A DNA stretch of 64,000 bases from Mobula hypostoma (GCF_963921235.1 NC_086097.1:210244001-210308000), one strand, 5' to 3'. Shown: positions 11,720-24,174, counted from the stretch's first letter. Made by a program: numbers and translations. Notes: generated by a model from the sequence alone, not told the origin.

Positions 11720-14700
11720 AATGGTTGGGGGGTGGGAATCAAATTAAAGCGGCTAGGTGTGAGGAGGTTAGTTCACAACAGAGGGATGGGAACCAGTGCA
11801 GAGAGACAGAGGGGTGTAAAGTGAGCGTAGAAGCAAAAAGTACAAAGGGGAAAAGTAAAAGTGGCAGGCCGACAAATCCAGGGCAAGCATTAAAAAGGGC
11901 TAAGAGAGTTGTAAAAGAGTGCCTGAAGGCTTTATGTGTCAATGCAAGGAGCATTCGTAATAAGGTGGATGAATTGAAAGTGCAGATTGTTATTAATGAT
12001 TATGATATAGTTGGGATCACAGAGACATGGCTCCAGGGTGACCAGGGATGGGAGCTCAACGTTCAGGGATATTCAATATTCAGGAGGGATAGACACGAAG
12101 GAAGGGGAGGTGGGGTGGCGTTGCTGGTTAAAAAAGAGATTAACGCAATAGAAAGGAAGGACATAAGCCGGGGAGATGTGGAATCGATATGGGTAGAGCT
12201 GCGTAACACTAAGGGGCAGAAGACGCTGGTGGGAGTTGTGTACAGGCCACCTAACAGTAGTAGTGAGGTCGGAGATGGTATTAAACAGGAAATTAGAAAT
12301 GTGTGCAATAAAGGAACAGCAGTTATAATGGGTGACTTCAATCTACATGTAGACTGGGTGAACCAAATTGGTAAAGGTGCTGAGGAAGAGGATTTCTTGG
12401 AATGTATGCGGGATGGTTTTTTGAACCAACATGTCGAGGAACCGACTAGAGAGCAGGCTATTCTGGACTGGGTTTTGAGCAATGAGGAAGGGTTAATTAG
12501 CGATCTTGTCGTGAGAGGCCCCTTGGGTAAGAGTGACCATAATATGGTGGAATTCTTCATTAACATGGAGAGTGACGTAGTTAATTCAGAAACAAAGGTT
12601 CTGAACTTAAAGAGGGGTAACTTTGAAGGTATGAGACATGAATTAGCTAAGATAGACTGGCAAATGACACTTCAAGGATTGACGGTGGATATGCAATGGC
12701 AGGCATTTAAAGGTTGCATGGATGAACTACAACAATTGTTCATCCCAGTTTGGCAAAAGAATAAATCAAGGAAGGTAGTGCACCCGTGGCTGACAAGAGA
12801 AATTAGGGATAGTATCAATTCCAAAGAAGTAGCATACAAATTAGCCAGAGAAAGTGGCTCACCTGAGGACTGGGAGAAATTCAGAGTTCAGCAGAGGAGG
12901 ACAAAGGGCTTAATTAGGAAGGGGAAAAAAGATTATGAGAGAAAACTGGCAGAGAACATAAAAACGGACTGTAAAAGCTTTTATAGATATGTAAAAAGGA
13001 AAAGACTGATAAAGACAAATGTAGGTCCCCTGCAAACAGAAACAGGTGAATTGATTATGGGGAGCAAGGACATGGCAGACCAATTGAATAATTACTTTGG
13101 TTCTGTCTTCACTAAGGAGGACATAAATAATCTTCCAGAAATAGTAAGGGACAGAGGGTCCAGTGAGATGGAGGAACTGAGCGAAATACATGTTAGTAGG
13201 GAAGTGGTGTTAGGTAAATTGAAGGGATTGAAGGCAGATAAATCCCCAGGGCCAGATGGTCTGCATCCCAGAGTGCTTAAGGAAGTGGCCCAAGAAATAG
13301 TGGATGCATTAGTGATAATTTTTCAAAACTCGTTAGATTCTGGACTAGTTCCTGAGGATTGGAGGGTGGCTAATGTAACCCCACTTTTTAAAAAAGGAGG
13401 GAGAGAGAAACCGGGGAATTATAGGCCGGTTAGCCTAACGTCGGTGGTGGGGAAACTGCTGGAGTCAGTTATCAAGGATGTGATAACAGCACATTTGGAA
13501 AGCGGTGAAATGATCGGACAAAGTCAGCATGGATTTGTGAAAGGAAAATCATGTCTGACGAATCTCATAGAATTTTTTGAGGATGTAACTAGTAGAGTGG
13601 ATAGGGGAGAACCAGTGGATGTGGTATATTTGGATTTTCAAAAGGCTTTTGACAAGGTCCCACATAGGAGATTAGTGTGCAAACTTAAAGCACACGGTAT
13701 TGGGGGTAAGGTATTGGTGTGGGTGGAGAATTGGTTAGCAGACAGGAAGCAAAGAGTGGGAATAAACGGGACCTTTTCAGAATGGCAGGCGGTGACTAGT
13801 GGGGTACCGCAAGGCTCAGTGCTGGGACCCCAGTTGTTTACAATATATATTAATGACTTGGATGAGGGAATTAAATGCAGCATCTCCAAGTTTGCGGATG
13901 ACACGAAGCTGGGTGGCAGTGTTAGCAGTGAGGAGGATGCTAAGAGGATGCAGGGTGACTTGGATAGGTTGGGTGAGTGGGCAAACTCATGGCAGATGCA
14001 ATTTAATGTGGATAAATGTGAAGTTATCCACTTTGGTGGCAAAAATAGGAAAACAGATTATTATCTGAATGGTGGCCGATTAGGAAAAGGGGAGGTGCAA
14101 CGAGACCTGGGTGTCATTATACACCAGTCATTGAAAGTGGGCATGCAGGTACAGCAGGCGGTGAAAAAGGCGAACGGTATGCTGGCATTTATAGCGAGAG
14201 GATTCGAGTACAGGAGCAGGGAGGTACTACTGCAGTTGTACAAGGCCTTGGTGAGACCACACCTGGAGTATTGTGTGCAGTTTTGGTCCCCTAATCTGAG
14301 GAAAGACATCTTTGCCATAGAGGGAGTACAAAGAAGGTTCACCAGATTGATTCCTGGGATGGCAGGTCTTTCATATGAAGAAAGACTGGATGAACTGGGC
14401 TTGTACTCGTTGGAATTTAGAAGATTGAGGGGGGATCTGATTGAAACGTATAAGATCCTAAAGGGATTGGACAGGCTAGATGCGGGAAGATTGTTCCCGA
14501 TGTTGGGGAGGTCTAGAACGAGGGGTCACAGTTTGAGGATAGAGGGGAAGCCTTTTAGGACCGAGGTTAGGAAAAACTTCTTCACACAGAGAGTGGTGAA
14601 TCTGTGGAATTCTCTGCCACAGCAAACTGTTGAGGCCAGTTCATTAGCTATGTTTAAAAGGAAGTTAGATATGGCCCTTGTGGCTACAGGGGTCAGGGGG

Positions 14701-14724
14701 TATGGAGGGAAGGCTGGGTTCTGA
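11704..14724 (+). CDS. CR1 ORF2p: APE endonuclease + reverse transcriptase (open from 11704, no N-terminal AUG)
   Basis: NARS, ITETW, YRPP, GDFN, SDH (APE); PGPDG, DFQKAFD, GVPQGSVLGP, FADD (RT). Confidence 0.95.
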   Translation, partial: GDFKLEWLGGGNQIKAARCEEVSSQQRDGNQCRETEGCKVSVEAKSTKGKSKSGRPTNPGQALKRAKRVVKECLKALCVNARSIRNKVDELKVQIVINDYDIVGITETWLQGDQGWELNVQGYSIFRRDRHEGRGGGVALLVKKEINAIERKDISRGDVESIWVELRNTKGQKTLVGVVYRPPNSSSEVGDGIKQEIRNVCNKGTAVIMGDFNLHVDWVNQIGKGAEEEDFLECMRDGFLNQHVEEPTREQAILDWVLSNEEGLISDLVVRGPLGKSDHNMVEFFINMESDVVNSETKVLNLKRGNFEGMRHELAKIDWQMTLQGLTVDMQWQAFKGCMDELQQLFIPVWQKNKSRKVVHPWLTREIRDSINSKEVAYKLARESGSPEDWEKFRVQQRRTKGLIRKGKKDYERKLAENIKTDCKSFYRYVKRKRLIKTNVGPLQTETGELIMGSKDMADQLNNYFGSVFTKEDINNLPEIVRDRGSSEMEELSEIHVSREVVLGKLKGLKADKSPGPDGLHPRVLKEVAQEIVDALVIIFQNSLDSGLVPEDWRVANVTPLFKKGGREKPGNYRPVSLTSVVGKLLESVIKDVITAHLESGEMIGQSQHGFVKGKSCLTNLIEFFEDVTSRVDRGEPVDVVYLDFQKAFDKVPHRRLVCKLKAHGIGGKVLVWVENWLADRKQRVGINGTFSEWQAVTSGVPQGSVLGPQLFTIYINDLDEGIKCSISKFADDTKLGGSVSSEEDAKRMQGDLDRLGEWANSWQMQFNVDKCEVIHFGGKNRKTDYYLNGGRLGKGEVQRDLGVIIHQSLKVGMQVQQAVKKANGMLAFIARGFEYRSREVLLQLYKALVRPHLEYCVQFWSPNLRKDIFAIEGVQRRFTRLIPGMAGLSYEERLDELGLYSLEFRRLRGDLIETYKILKGLDRLDAGRLFPMLGRSRTRGHSLRIEGKPFRTEVRKNFFTQRVVNLWNSLPQQTVEASSLAMFKRKLDMALVATGVRGYGGKAGF

Positions 14725-14824
14725 GTTGGATGATCAGCCATGATCATAATAAATGGCGGTGCAGGCTCGAAGGGCCGAATGGCCTACTCCTGCACCTATT
14801 TTCTATGTTTCTATGTTTCTATAT

Positions 14825-16420
14825 GACTATCTTCATAATTGCACTTGCATGCTGGGACAACGAAATAATATACTAAGGAACTTAAAGTTACTAACCCTCA
14901 CCACCTCTAATCCCCTGATGAGGATTGGCTCATAAACCTCTGTATTCTGTTCCTGCAGTCAATAATCAGCTTCTTGGTCTTGCTGACATTGTGCCACTAG
15001 GTTATATTCTCAATCTCCCTTCTACATACTGATTCATCGCCATCTTTGATTTGGCCTATGACTGGTGTCATCAGCAAACTTAAATATGGCATTACAGCTG
15101 TACTTAGCCACAAGTGATAGAGTAAAATAGAGCAGAGGGCTACACACACAGCCTTGTGGTGCACCTGTACTGATAGAGGTCTTGAAGCTTATTGATTAGT
15201 TTTGAGGGGGTGTTGGTATTGAATGCTGAGCTGTAGTCAATAAAGAACACCCTGATGCATGCATCTTTGCTGTCCAGATTTTCTAGGGTTGAGTGAAGAG
15301 CCAATGAGATGGCATCTGCTGTGAACTTGTTGCTCTGGTAGACAAATTGGAGTAGATTTATGTCACTCCTCAGGCAGGAGTTTATATGTTCCATCACAAA
15401 CCTCTCAAAACACTTCACTATAGAAGTACAACAAGTCCTACAGTCATTTGAGGCAGGTCACTACACTCTTCTTGGGCTGGATGTTTTTCATGGGTTACCT
15501 TCCTGAAGGCGCATGGGATGTGGGAGTCTCTGATGGTTCCTCCATGCTTTGGTCAAAATGAGAATAGAAGTCTTTGACCTCATCTATAAGTGAAACCCTG
15601 CTGTCACCCATGATAACTTTACAAGTCACAATAGTATTCAAGCACTGCCACAACTGTTGAGCTTCCTTTGTTGATTCAAGTTTAGTTCAGAGTTGTCACT
15701 TTACCCATGAGATAGCTTTCCGGAGATTGTACCCGGACCTCATGTAACTTTCTTGGTCACCAGACTTAAAAGCCTCTGATCTGGCCCTCAGCAGACTGCA
15801 GATGTCATGGTTCATCCAGGGCTTCTGATTGGGGAAGACTGAATGATTTTGTGGGGATGCACTCATCTAGAATTGTTTTAATAAAGTCAATTACAACCAT
15901 GGTATATTCACTTAGATCCACAGATGAGTTCTTGAACACTGCCCAGTCCACTGACTCGATACAATCCCGTAGCCATTCCTCTGCCTGCTATAAACACCAC
16001 TTTGCTGTCCCAATCTCTGGAGCTTTGCTCTACTTGTACGCAGGTGGAAGGACAGCCAAATGATCCAATCTACTGAAAAGTGGTCTGGGCACAGAACAAT
16101 AGGTTTTCCTTATTTTAGTATAGCAATGGTCTAGTGCTTTAGGACCTCTGGGGCTACAGGTTATGTAATTGGGCAGGATTTTCTTCAACAAGCCTGGTTG
16201 AATTCCCTGACTACAATTTGAAATGCGCAGGATGGACTACTTCTTACTTGCAATTATCTCACGTGATTGATTAGAGTTGACTGCTGGTGGTATGCAAGTT
16301 GGTCAGAATTATGGAGAACTCCTTGGGCAAGTAAAACAGAGAGCACTTGATAGCGGGTAGTGGGGAGAACACGAGTTCGACAAAACCTCCACATTGGAGC
16401 ACCACAAACAGTTTATCATG
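14825..16420 (-). mobile_element. Degenerate Rex1/Babar LINE
   Basis: MKCFERFVM, LQFVY, FIDYSSAFNT on the minus strand; FPNQKPW near 15830. Confidence 0.75.
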
Positions 16421-16949
16421 AAAAACACACCTCCTCCTTTTGCCTTTTCTGAATCAGTGGTTTGACCTATTCAGTAAAATCAAGAAGCCCTCTGGTTTGA
16501 CCACTGTATCTGGTGTGCTGGGAGACAGTAAAGTTTCACTCATACAGAATATAACAGACACTCTTTTCCCCTGTGATACAGTATTCTTGCCCTCAGGTCC
16601 TCGTTTTGTTTTCCAGCAGCTTCTCATTTGCTAACAAGGTGTTGTGTAGAGGTGGCCTCATCGCTCTGCATTTCAGCACGGCTGGAATCCTCCCCTCCTG
16701 CTTCACTTCCAGCCACGGCAATGAATCTTCCTCTGCGTAAACGTGCTGTACCTGGCTATCCCACCAAGACCTTCAGATAACCACGGACTCTGTAGACCAA
16801 GTTGATTTAAGAGCACATTGCTTAGAGGGAAATTACATGCTACAGATTGCAGTGAGAATAATTCAAAAGAGGTATGTTTAAAAATATATTTAGAAGTACT
16901 GTCTGCAGCTGACAAAATGACACCATGGTTCACCTGTGCCATCGTGCTG

Positions 16950-18315
16950 TTCAATGAAGTGGCATCTGCTGTTGACCTGTTGTGCCAGAAGGCAAATTGG
17001 AGTGGATACAAGTTGATCCTCAGACTGTAGTTAATACATTTCATCACCATACTCTTAAAGCACTTAAGCACAATAGATGAAGTGCTACTGGATAATAGTC
17101 ATTGAGGCTTCCACATTCTTAGGCACCAGTATAATTGAAGCCTGCTTGAAGCAGGTAGGTACCTCAGTGCCAAAGTGAGAGGTTAAAGATATCAGTGATC
17201 ACTCCAACCAGTTGATCAGCACTGGTCTTTAGTACTGAGACAGGTATCCCATCTTCACAGGTTGATTTCTGTGGGTTCACTCTCCTGAAGGATGCTCTCA
17301 CATCAACCTCAGACTGAAATCACAGCATTGTCAAGGACTGTAGGTGTTCCCGAAGGTGCCTCCGTGTTTTGATGGTCAAAATGAGTGTAAAGCCTTTGAA
17401 CTCATCTAGGATCAAAACTTTGTTATCACCAATGTCAGTTGGTGATTGCAGTCAAGCTATGTCACAGTTGTCGAGCATTCTTCCATGATTCAGGTTTGGT
17501 CCAGAATTGACAATTCACGAAATAGCTTTCTGGAGGACATTCCAGGGCCTTGCATCTTTCTTGGTCAGCAGACCTAACTGCCACTGATCTAGCCCTCAGC
17601 AGAATGAGGTTTATCCAGGACTTCTGATTGGGGAAGACCAAATGATTTTGTGGGGACACTCATCTACAGCAGTTTTTATAAAGTCTGTGACAGTCATGGT
17701 GTATTCGTTGAGATCCTCCAATGAATCCTTGAACATGGCCCAGTCTACCAACTCAAAGCAATACCATAGCTATTCCTCTGCCTCCCACAATCACCTCTTT
17801 GCTGTCCTTATTTCCAGAGTCTTGATCTGCATGTAGGTAGGAGGAAGACAGCCAGATGATCAGATTTCCTGAAATATAATCGAAGGATGAAACATAGGCA
17901 TTCCTAATCATCCTGGTCTAGTCTGTTGAGGCCATTTGTGTTTCAGACATGATGATAACTGGGAAAAGATTTCTTCAAACAAGTCTGACTAAAGTCCCCG
18001 ACCATGTTTTGAAAGACGTTGGTGGCTGTTTGTTTGCTTGCTAATCACTGCAATCAATACCTCGAGTGATTGCTTAACATCGGCATTTAGCACTATGTAA
18101 AGTGCAATCAGGATCTTGGAAGAGAACTCTTTTGGCAAGTAGAATGGTTGGCATTTAATCATTAGACATTCCCGCATGGGGGTAAACAAGATTGCTGCAA
18201 GCTTTGTCTGAGCACCGTGAAGAGCTTACCATGAAACATAGAGCACCATTATTTCACTTGCACAACTTGTCTTTTGCATATTGGTTATTTGAAAGTCTTT
18301 ATGTATAGTTTTAAA
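16950..18315 (-). mobile_element. Degenerate Rex1/Babar LINE
   Basis: PLQFAF.HNRSTADA, FPNQKSW, IKCQPFYLPKEFS. Confidence 0.75.
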
Positions 18316-18321
18316 TAAATT

Positions 18322-18570
18322 AGACCACAAGACGAGGAGCAGAATTAGGCCATTCAGCCCATTGAACCTACTTCTCCATTCCATTATGGCCGATTTACCA
18401 TCCCACTCAAATGCATTTTCCTGCCTCCTCTCCATAACTTTTGACACCCTGTCTAATCAACCTCTGCTTTAAATATACTCAATAACTTGGCCTCCACAGC
18501 TGCCCGTGCAACAAACTCCACAAATTCATCACCCTCTGGCTGAAGAAATTCCTCCTCATCCCTGTTCTAC
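18322..18570 (-). mobile_element. CR1 3' fragment
   Basis: Homologous to the 3'UTR of copy 1 (GGAGCAGAATTAGGCCATTCAGCCC). Confidence 0.65.
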
Positions 18571-21500
18571 TTCATTTCCTGTCAATGCCTGCAAGAAAAG
18601 AAAAAGATCAAGGTAGTTTATGATGGCTGTCTTCCTCCTACCTACATGTACTTTGATAATAAATTCACTGAGACTTTGGTTATGTTGTCCAACAGTTATT
18701 AAGAGTAATATCACAATTAAGGACACACATGCACATCCAAATACATTTTAAAAAGACTTGGACTGCTTGGACCTTTCCTTCAATAACAGTTGCTCCATTG
18801 TGAAGATCTATCAGCTCCCCATTTGACCAATTGCAGTGATCTCCGCTGCAGACCATTGTCAACTATTTTAAACTACATACAGTTAGAGACAAAAAAAATT
18901 GTGCCATTAGTAATGATGGCAGATTTAAATGCAGTGTTCAAAAGGGAGCTGGATAAGCATTTAAAAAGGATTAATGGGACTGGAGGGAGAACAGGGGAAT
19001 GGAACAAGCTAGTAAAGACTTTTCAGACCAAATGGCCTTTGTTCATCCTGTAGAGATCCTGTGAAATTAGATGTCATGTTACCCAAAAAGAAACCTCCAA
19101 GTGTCATGGTCAATTCTGTAGAGTTGCTTTTCTTAAGATCAATGCATCTAATCTCCTTGAGGAGCTACCAACCAGTAAAATTAAGACGTCCATTCCCATC
19201 TGAAAAGAACTAACTAGATACCTCCAGAGAAATAGGCAGCTGATGCATCCAATGCTGATATGTAGTTATTGTTTAGGACCACAGTGAAAGGCACAATAAC
19301 TAGAAACTTATGACTCTGAGATGATTTACAAAATGACAGCCACAGGCTTTTTCAATTTGTGGACATCTGATTCAAGGAGCAACTGGACAGGCCAAGACTC
19401 TACTTTTTGGAATCTTGTATAATGAGATGTGACCCAATTGAAACTTACACAATTCTTCGAGGGCTAGGTATACAGAGTATGTTTCTCTTAGCCAAGGAAT
19501 GTAAATCGAAGGGGTCACAGTCTCCATACAAGAGGTAAGCCATGTAGGACAAAGAGTGAGGAGACATCTTTACTTGGAGGGTGATCAGTCTCTGAAAGTG
19601 TCCGCCCCAGAGTGCCCAATCTTGGATTGAATTCAAAAGTGAGATGCATAGATTTCTAAATATTATACAATTAAGGGTTATGGGAATAGTGTTGAGGTAA
19701 AAATCAGCCGATCCGGCTCCTATTTCTTGTATTCTATAATCTTCACACTGGAAGTGGGAAAGATTCAGAAGCACTTTACCAAATCATTACCTGATTCCAC
19801 AAGATACTTGGCAGATGTATTAATAACTTTTGCTCTGCATTGTTTAGAAGTTAATTGTTGCTCTTCACTACAGAACAAGATCTACTCTTTCCATAGAAAT
19901 TTGCAAAGGGAATTCAGGTTTGTTTGTTTTTTTTAAATAGATAAATTCAGTAAAAAATAGATAAATAGTGAAATATTTCCAAGAAATTACATTAATCAGA
20001 TCTCCAGCCACCAACTTTTCCCTGGCAGATCTAATTCTTACCAGTTCTGAAATCCAAATAACCACAACTTATATAAATGCAAATTTATTTCAGATGTACA
20101 TTACAATTTTGTTATCTACTAAATAAAACCTCCAGAATTTCCAATTGCCTCTATTCTGCCTGTGTAATAATGACAACACATCATGGAGGCCATTTGATGG
20201 ACACAAGACTATGCAGGGAATGAAGGAAAATGGATCACGTACAGCCAGAAGAGATTTAGTTTAATTCAGCATTGTTTGGCATAGATATCTTGAGCCAAAG
20301 GGCCTGATCCAGTGCTGTTTTGCTCTATGTTCAAACTTTTTTTTATACTTCTCCTTCCAACAGAACTCAGATGCAATTTGTTTTACTAGTAAACTCAGTG
20401 ACATCTTGTACATCACAACCTCCTGCCAATAATAATATTGACCTCATCTTTCCACAGATAGTCACATCACATTGTTCTATGTGCTCCCTGAGACCACTAC
20501 CATATTGTCTGTTCTCAGGGATACAGTTCCACATACAAAACAAATGGTTGTGATCTCTCATACTTCTCCAGTTCATTAGAATACCGACTGACAATTACCA
20601 GACTGCTCTACCTACAGAGCTCTTCTTTTTCCACACTTAATTACTGCCATTCTTTTTCCACCAGCAGCAACTTCCTAAATCTGTTACCAGTCTAATGCAG
20701 GCTTGAGTTGATGTTCGATAAAGCATGTGAGAAAGATGGCACTCCACATCACACATCCTTTATAAAAGATCATTTCCACCCACCCAACATCAGCATCTGA
20801 GACTAAACTGCATCAAATGTCATATTACATGGTTCAGTTATTGAAAGACACATTTCACATCTAGCCCTATACCCAAAATAACAACCGGAATAGTGAGAGA
20901 AAATAACATTGAGGTAGAAGGTCAACCATGACATTTATAAAGAAAAAGTCTCATAGGGCCTCAATAGAATTCTGCTCTTATTTCTTATGTTCTTATCTCC
21001 AGTATATTCATGTAACTAAATTCCCTCATTAGGGAATCAATATAGTAAATATATCCTTCCCCCTCTTAATTATTCTTCTTTCCTCAGGCCAAGTAAATTT
21101 TTAATGATTTCCTTGCTATACATTAAAAAAGGCTCTAGGCACTACAGCCAATTTCTTAAGACTGTTGCCCCTTTACAATATTTTGTATGTGTACACTTCA
21201 AGCTTTGTTACCATATCTTTTGGAATTGTACTCCAGTTTATAATGCTCTTCATTGAACCAATCAAAGTGTTTAAGTAACTAAGTTTCACCTGCCAAATTG
21301 TTTTGTTACACTATCCTGCCTGTACTTTCTGGACACCTATTTATTCCTCAAAACTAAAATAGATTGACTTTTGTAGGAGCTTGTTCCTTTAACATTTGAT
21401 AAGATTTATTAAAACCCTGAATTTAAATGAACAATTAAGAATTATCTCACTAGATTTGGAAAATTTTCCCTTGTGAGAAATTTCTAATTTTTTTTCCATT

Positions 21501-23308
21501 TCCACCATTTTAAAACATACAATCATTTTGCCTCTCAAGCCAAAAATAATATTCTGACATAACTTAATTAATTCAACATCTACTGACAACAGATCTATGC
21601 ATGCACTATTGCTGATAGAAGACTACAGTATATTTTTAATGTGAATTATATTGATGACTGGTGCTTTTAAGAAATTATCAAATCATGATCAAAGTATTAA
21701 ATTAAATTCTAACTAGTATCCTTTGATGATAAGCAGATGTTTCCATTATTATACCAATGAAACTGTTGCCAGGAAATTGTCATTGTGTATTTACTTTTTA
21801 TTATACCAGACCGAATGATTTTGGTACAGAATCGCCCAGGTGTTGTACGAACAGTCCTATAGCAACTATCCTGTGGGTAGACAATGTTATATTAGCATAA
21901 TGCTGTACAAGAGAACTTCTCTACAAAAATGGAACAGCTAAAGGTACGGTTCACTCATTCACCTCTGAACAGTTGAAAGATGTTACCCTAATATCTTTCA
22001 GGTGTAAAGAGTCATAGAATATAGAAGGGTCAACTGGAAAATGGTGGAAACAAACCAAAAACAAAAAAAAACTTGGTTGCTTTTTGCACCCTCGATACCG
22101 AATATTGAAATTTCAACATTAATTGAATTTGAATTATTTTTATTTGCTAGCTAGATTGTATATAATGAAACAATCACCTTCAGCTTTTGATATAGCAAGT
22201 AAATGATGCAATTCAAGACCATAAGAAATACAAGCTGCAGTATGCCAATCATTATTGGAGCTTAATCTGCCATTCCAAAAAGATTTCAGTTGATCCAAAT
22301 TTCCTTAAGTCTATTTTCCTGCCATATTCCCATAACCTTTGATTCCCTAACTGATTTAAAAAAAATCTATCTCAGACTTGACTATATTCAGGGATTCGAC
22401 CTCCACAACTTCCTGGGAGAATTCCAAAAGTGCAATCCCTCGAGAGAATAAATTCCTCTGTCAGCGTTAACTGGGCATCAAACTATTCTGAGACGATGCC
22501 GTCTGACCTAGACTCTCCAACAACTCCTCCCCCCACCCCCGAACTTAATACCCTCTATAATTTCCTTAGATAGCCGTATTTGTTTTACCCCACTTTCCAT
22601 CCCCCCCCATTACAATCAATTCTTTCAATTAAAATCAGCACTAATTTTGCTGGGAGTTATGAATTCTCTTGATTCATCTGCCATAGTTTGTCTAATGCAT
22701 TACCTGCTAGCCTCTTCATCCAGTCCATGTTAATCTATTTTGTCCTCATTCTATGCAATTCTACTTATTTAAATTTAACACATTTCAGAATCAAGTTTCT
22801 CACTCTCCAGCCAGATGCTAATTTTATCATGCTGCAATCATTACTTCCCAGGGGATCTTTTATTCTGAGATCATTTATTAAATCTGTCTCATTACATATT
22901 CCCAGATCCATGACAGCCTGTCCCTTAGTTGGCTCCATGGCGTATTGCTCCCAGAAATCAGTTCAAGTGTGGTTTATTAATTTATTCATATCCCTGCATT
23001 TCTAATTTGATTAACCCAAACTACTTGAAGTTACTCGTGATCAATGTTGCACTTTCACATGCTTCCATTATTTCTGGATGTATCCACTTTCCAAGTGAGA
23101 TTCCTATTTCAGGGACCTGCACACAACTCCCACCATTCTCTTCTATCCATGTTTTTTTTTTAAATCCCCATCCAAATGTACCTCATCTTCAAAGCGTTGA
23201 TTGTTTCTAATAAAGTTACCTATTCCATCTTTCATTGGCAGAATTACCCCACTTTGTTTCTACCTATCCTTTTGAAAAGTAAAATTACCATCAACATACA
23301 AATTTGAA

Positions 23309-23480
23309 GTGACAGAGTGGTGTAGCTGGTAGGGCTTTTGCCCCAGTTCCATCAACCCAGATTCAATCCTGAATCCCTATTGCTGTCTGGAATGTGCACA
23401 TTCTCTCTCCAGATTCTTAACGAAACAAGGGTGAATTAGCAACTGTCAGCTACTCAGAATGCATTGATGAATCAAATATT
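23309..23480 (+). mobile_element. Degenerate HE1/HER1-like V-SINE
   Basis: GTGGTGTAGCTGGTAG A-box-like, GATTCAATCC B-box-like, TGCACATTCTC V-domain-like sequence. Confidence 0.5.
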
Positions 23481-23484
23481 TAGA

Positions 23485-23563
23485 GCAGGAGTCCCAACCT
23501 AGGGACCATGGACCCCTTGCTTAATGGTATTAGTCCATGGCAGAAACAGTTTGGGATCCCCTG
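23485..23563. mobile_element. Short hAT-like MITE (related copy at 29052-29111)
   Basis: CAGGAGTCCCAAC ... TTTGGGATCCCCTG termini. Confidence 0.55.
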
Positions 23564-23675
23564 ATCTAGAGGGAGATGAGATGGTCATGATAATAGTAAC
23601 AGGATCCATGTAAATGGGTACTTAGTCAGCACCAACTCACTGGACTTAGGAGTTTGTCTCTGTGCCACCTGACTA

Positions 23676-24174
23676 CGAGGTGATAAGTTTGTGGCCTAAG
23701 GTAGAAGGAGTCAATTTTAGAAAACCTAGCACATCTATTTCTCCTACATTTACACACTTTGTCCAACAGTCGTGGGGCATACAGATCCCTTCTTTGTAGA
23801 AGTTCGCATCTTGGACCTCCAGAAGTGGTCCTCTGCAGGGGTGATTGACACATTCATAGCCCAAGGTAGAAGAAGATGAGTTTTTAACTTCAAACTTTCT
23901 GCATTTTCACTCAAAGAGTTGAACTGCAGGTGCATGTAACGAGAGTGGTATAACTCATCTCCTTCTACCTTAGGCCATGAACTTATCAATTGCCCCTGCT
24001 GTGGACCACTTCTACAAAGAAGGGATCCGGGGATCCGTATGCTCCACAACTGCTGGACTAAGTGTGCACATGTAAGAGGGGGCTATGTTGAAAAATAAAT
24101 GTGCTAGGTTTTCTAAAATTGACTCCTTCTACCTTAGGCCACGAACTTATCAATCACCCCCCCCCCACCCCCGG
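23676..24174. mobile_element. Palindromic mariner-derived MITE (~500 bp)
   Basis: TA-flanked; ~210 bp inverted arms, each carrying the mariner C-terminus (FYKEGI..WTKC..GGYVEK*) and two copies of the TIR motif. Confidence 0.8.

Larger units (their letters stand above)
10670..14822 (+). mobile_element. CR1 LINE, young, both ORFs intact (copy 1)
   Basis: ORF1 + ORF2 + short 3'UTR with hairpin and (TTTCTATG)n tail; 5' boundary approximate. Confidence 0.96.

Noticed and set aside
11717..11747. TAG-A-ATG as a stop-start reinitiation signal for ORF2
   Set aside because: ATG 11721 is not in the ORF2 frame, ends after 8 codons, and is absent from the older CR1.
12063..14342. Antisense ORFs repeated in the CR1 copies
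   Set aside because: Shadow frames of ORF2; they recur only because the copies are near-identical.
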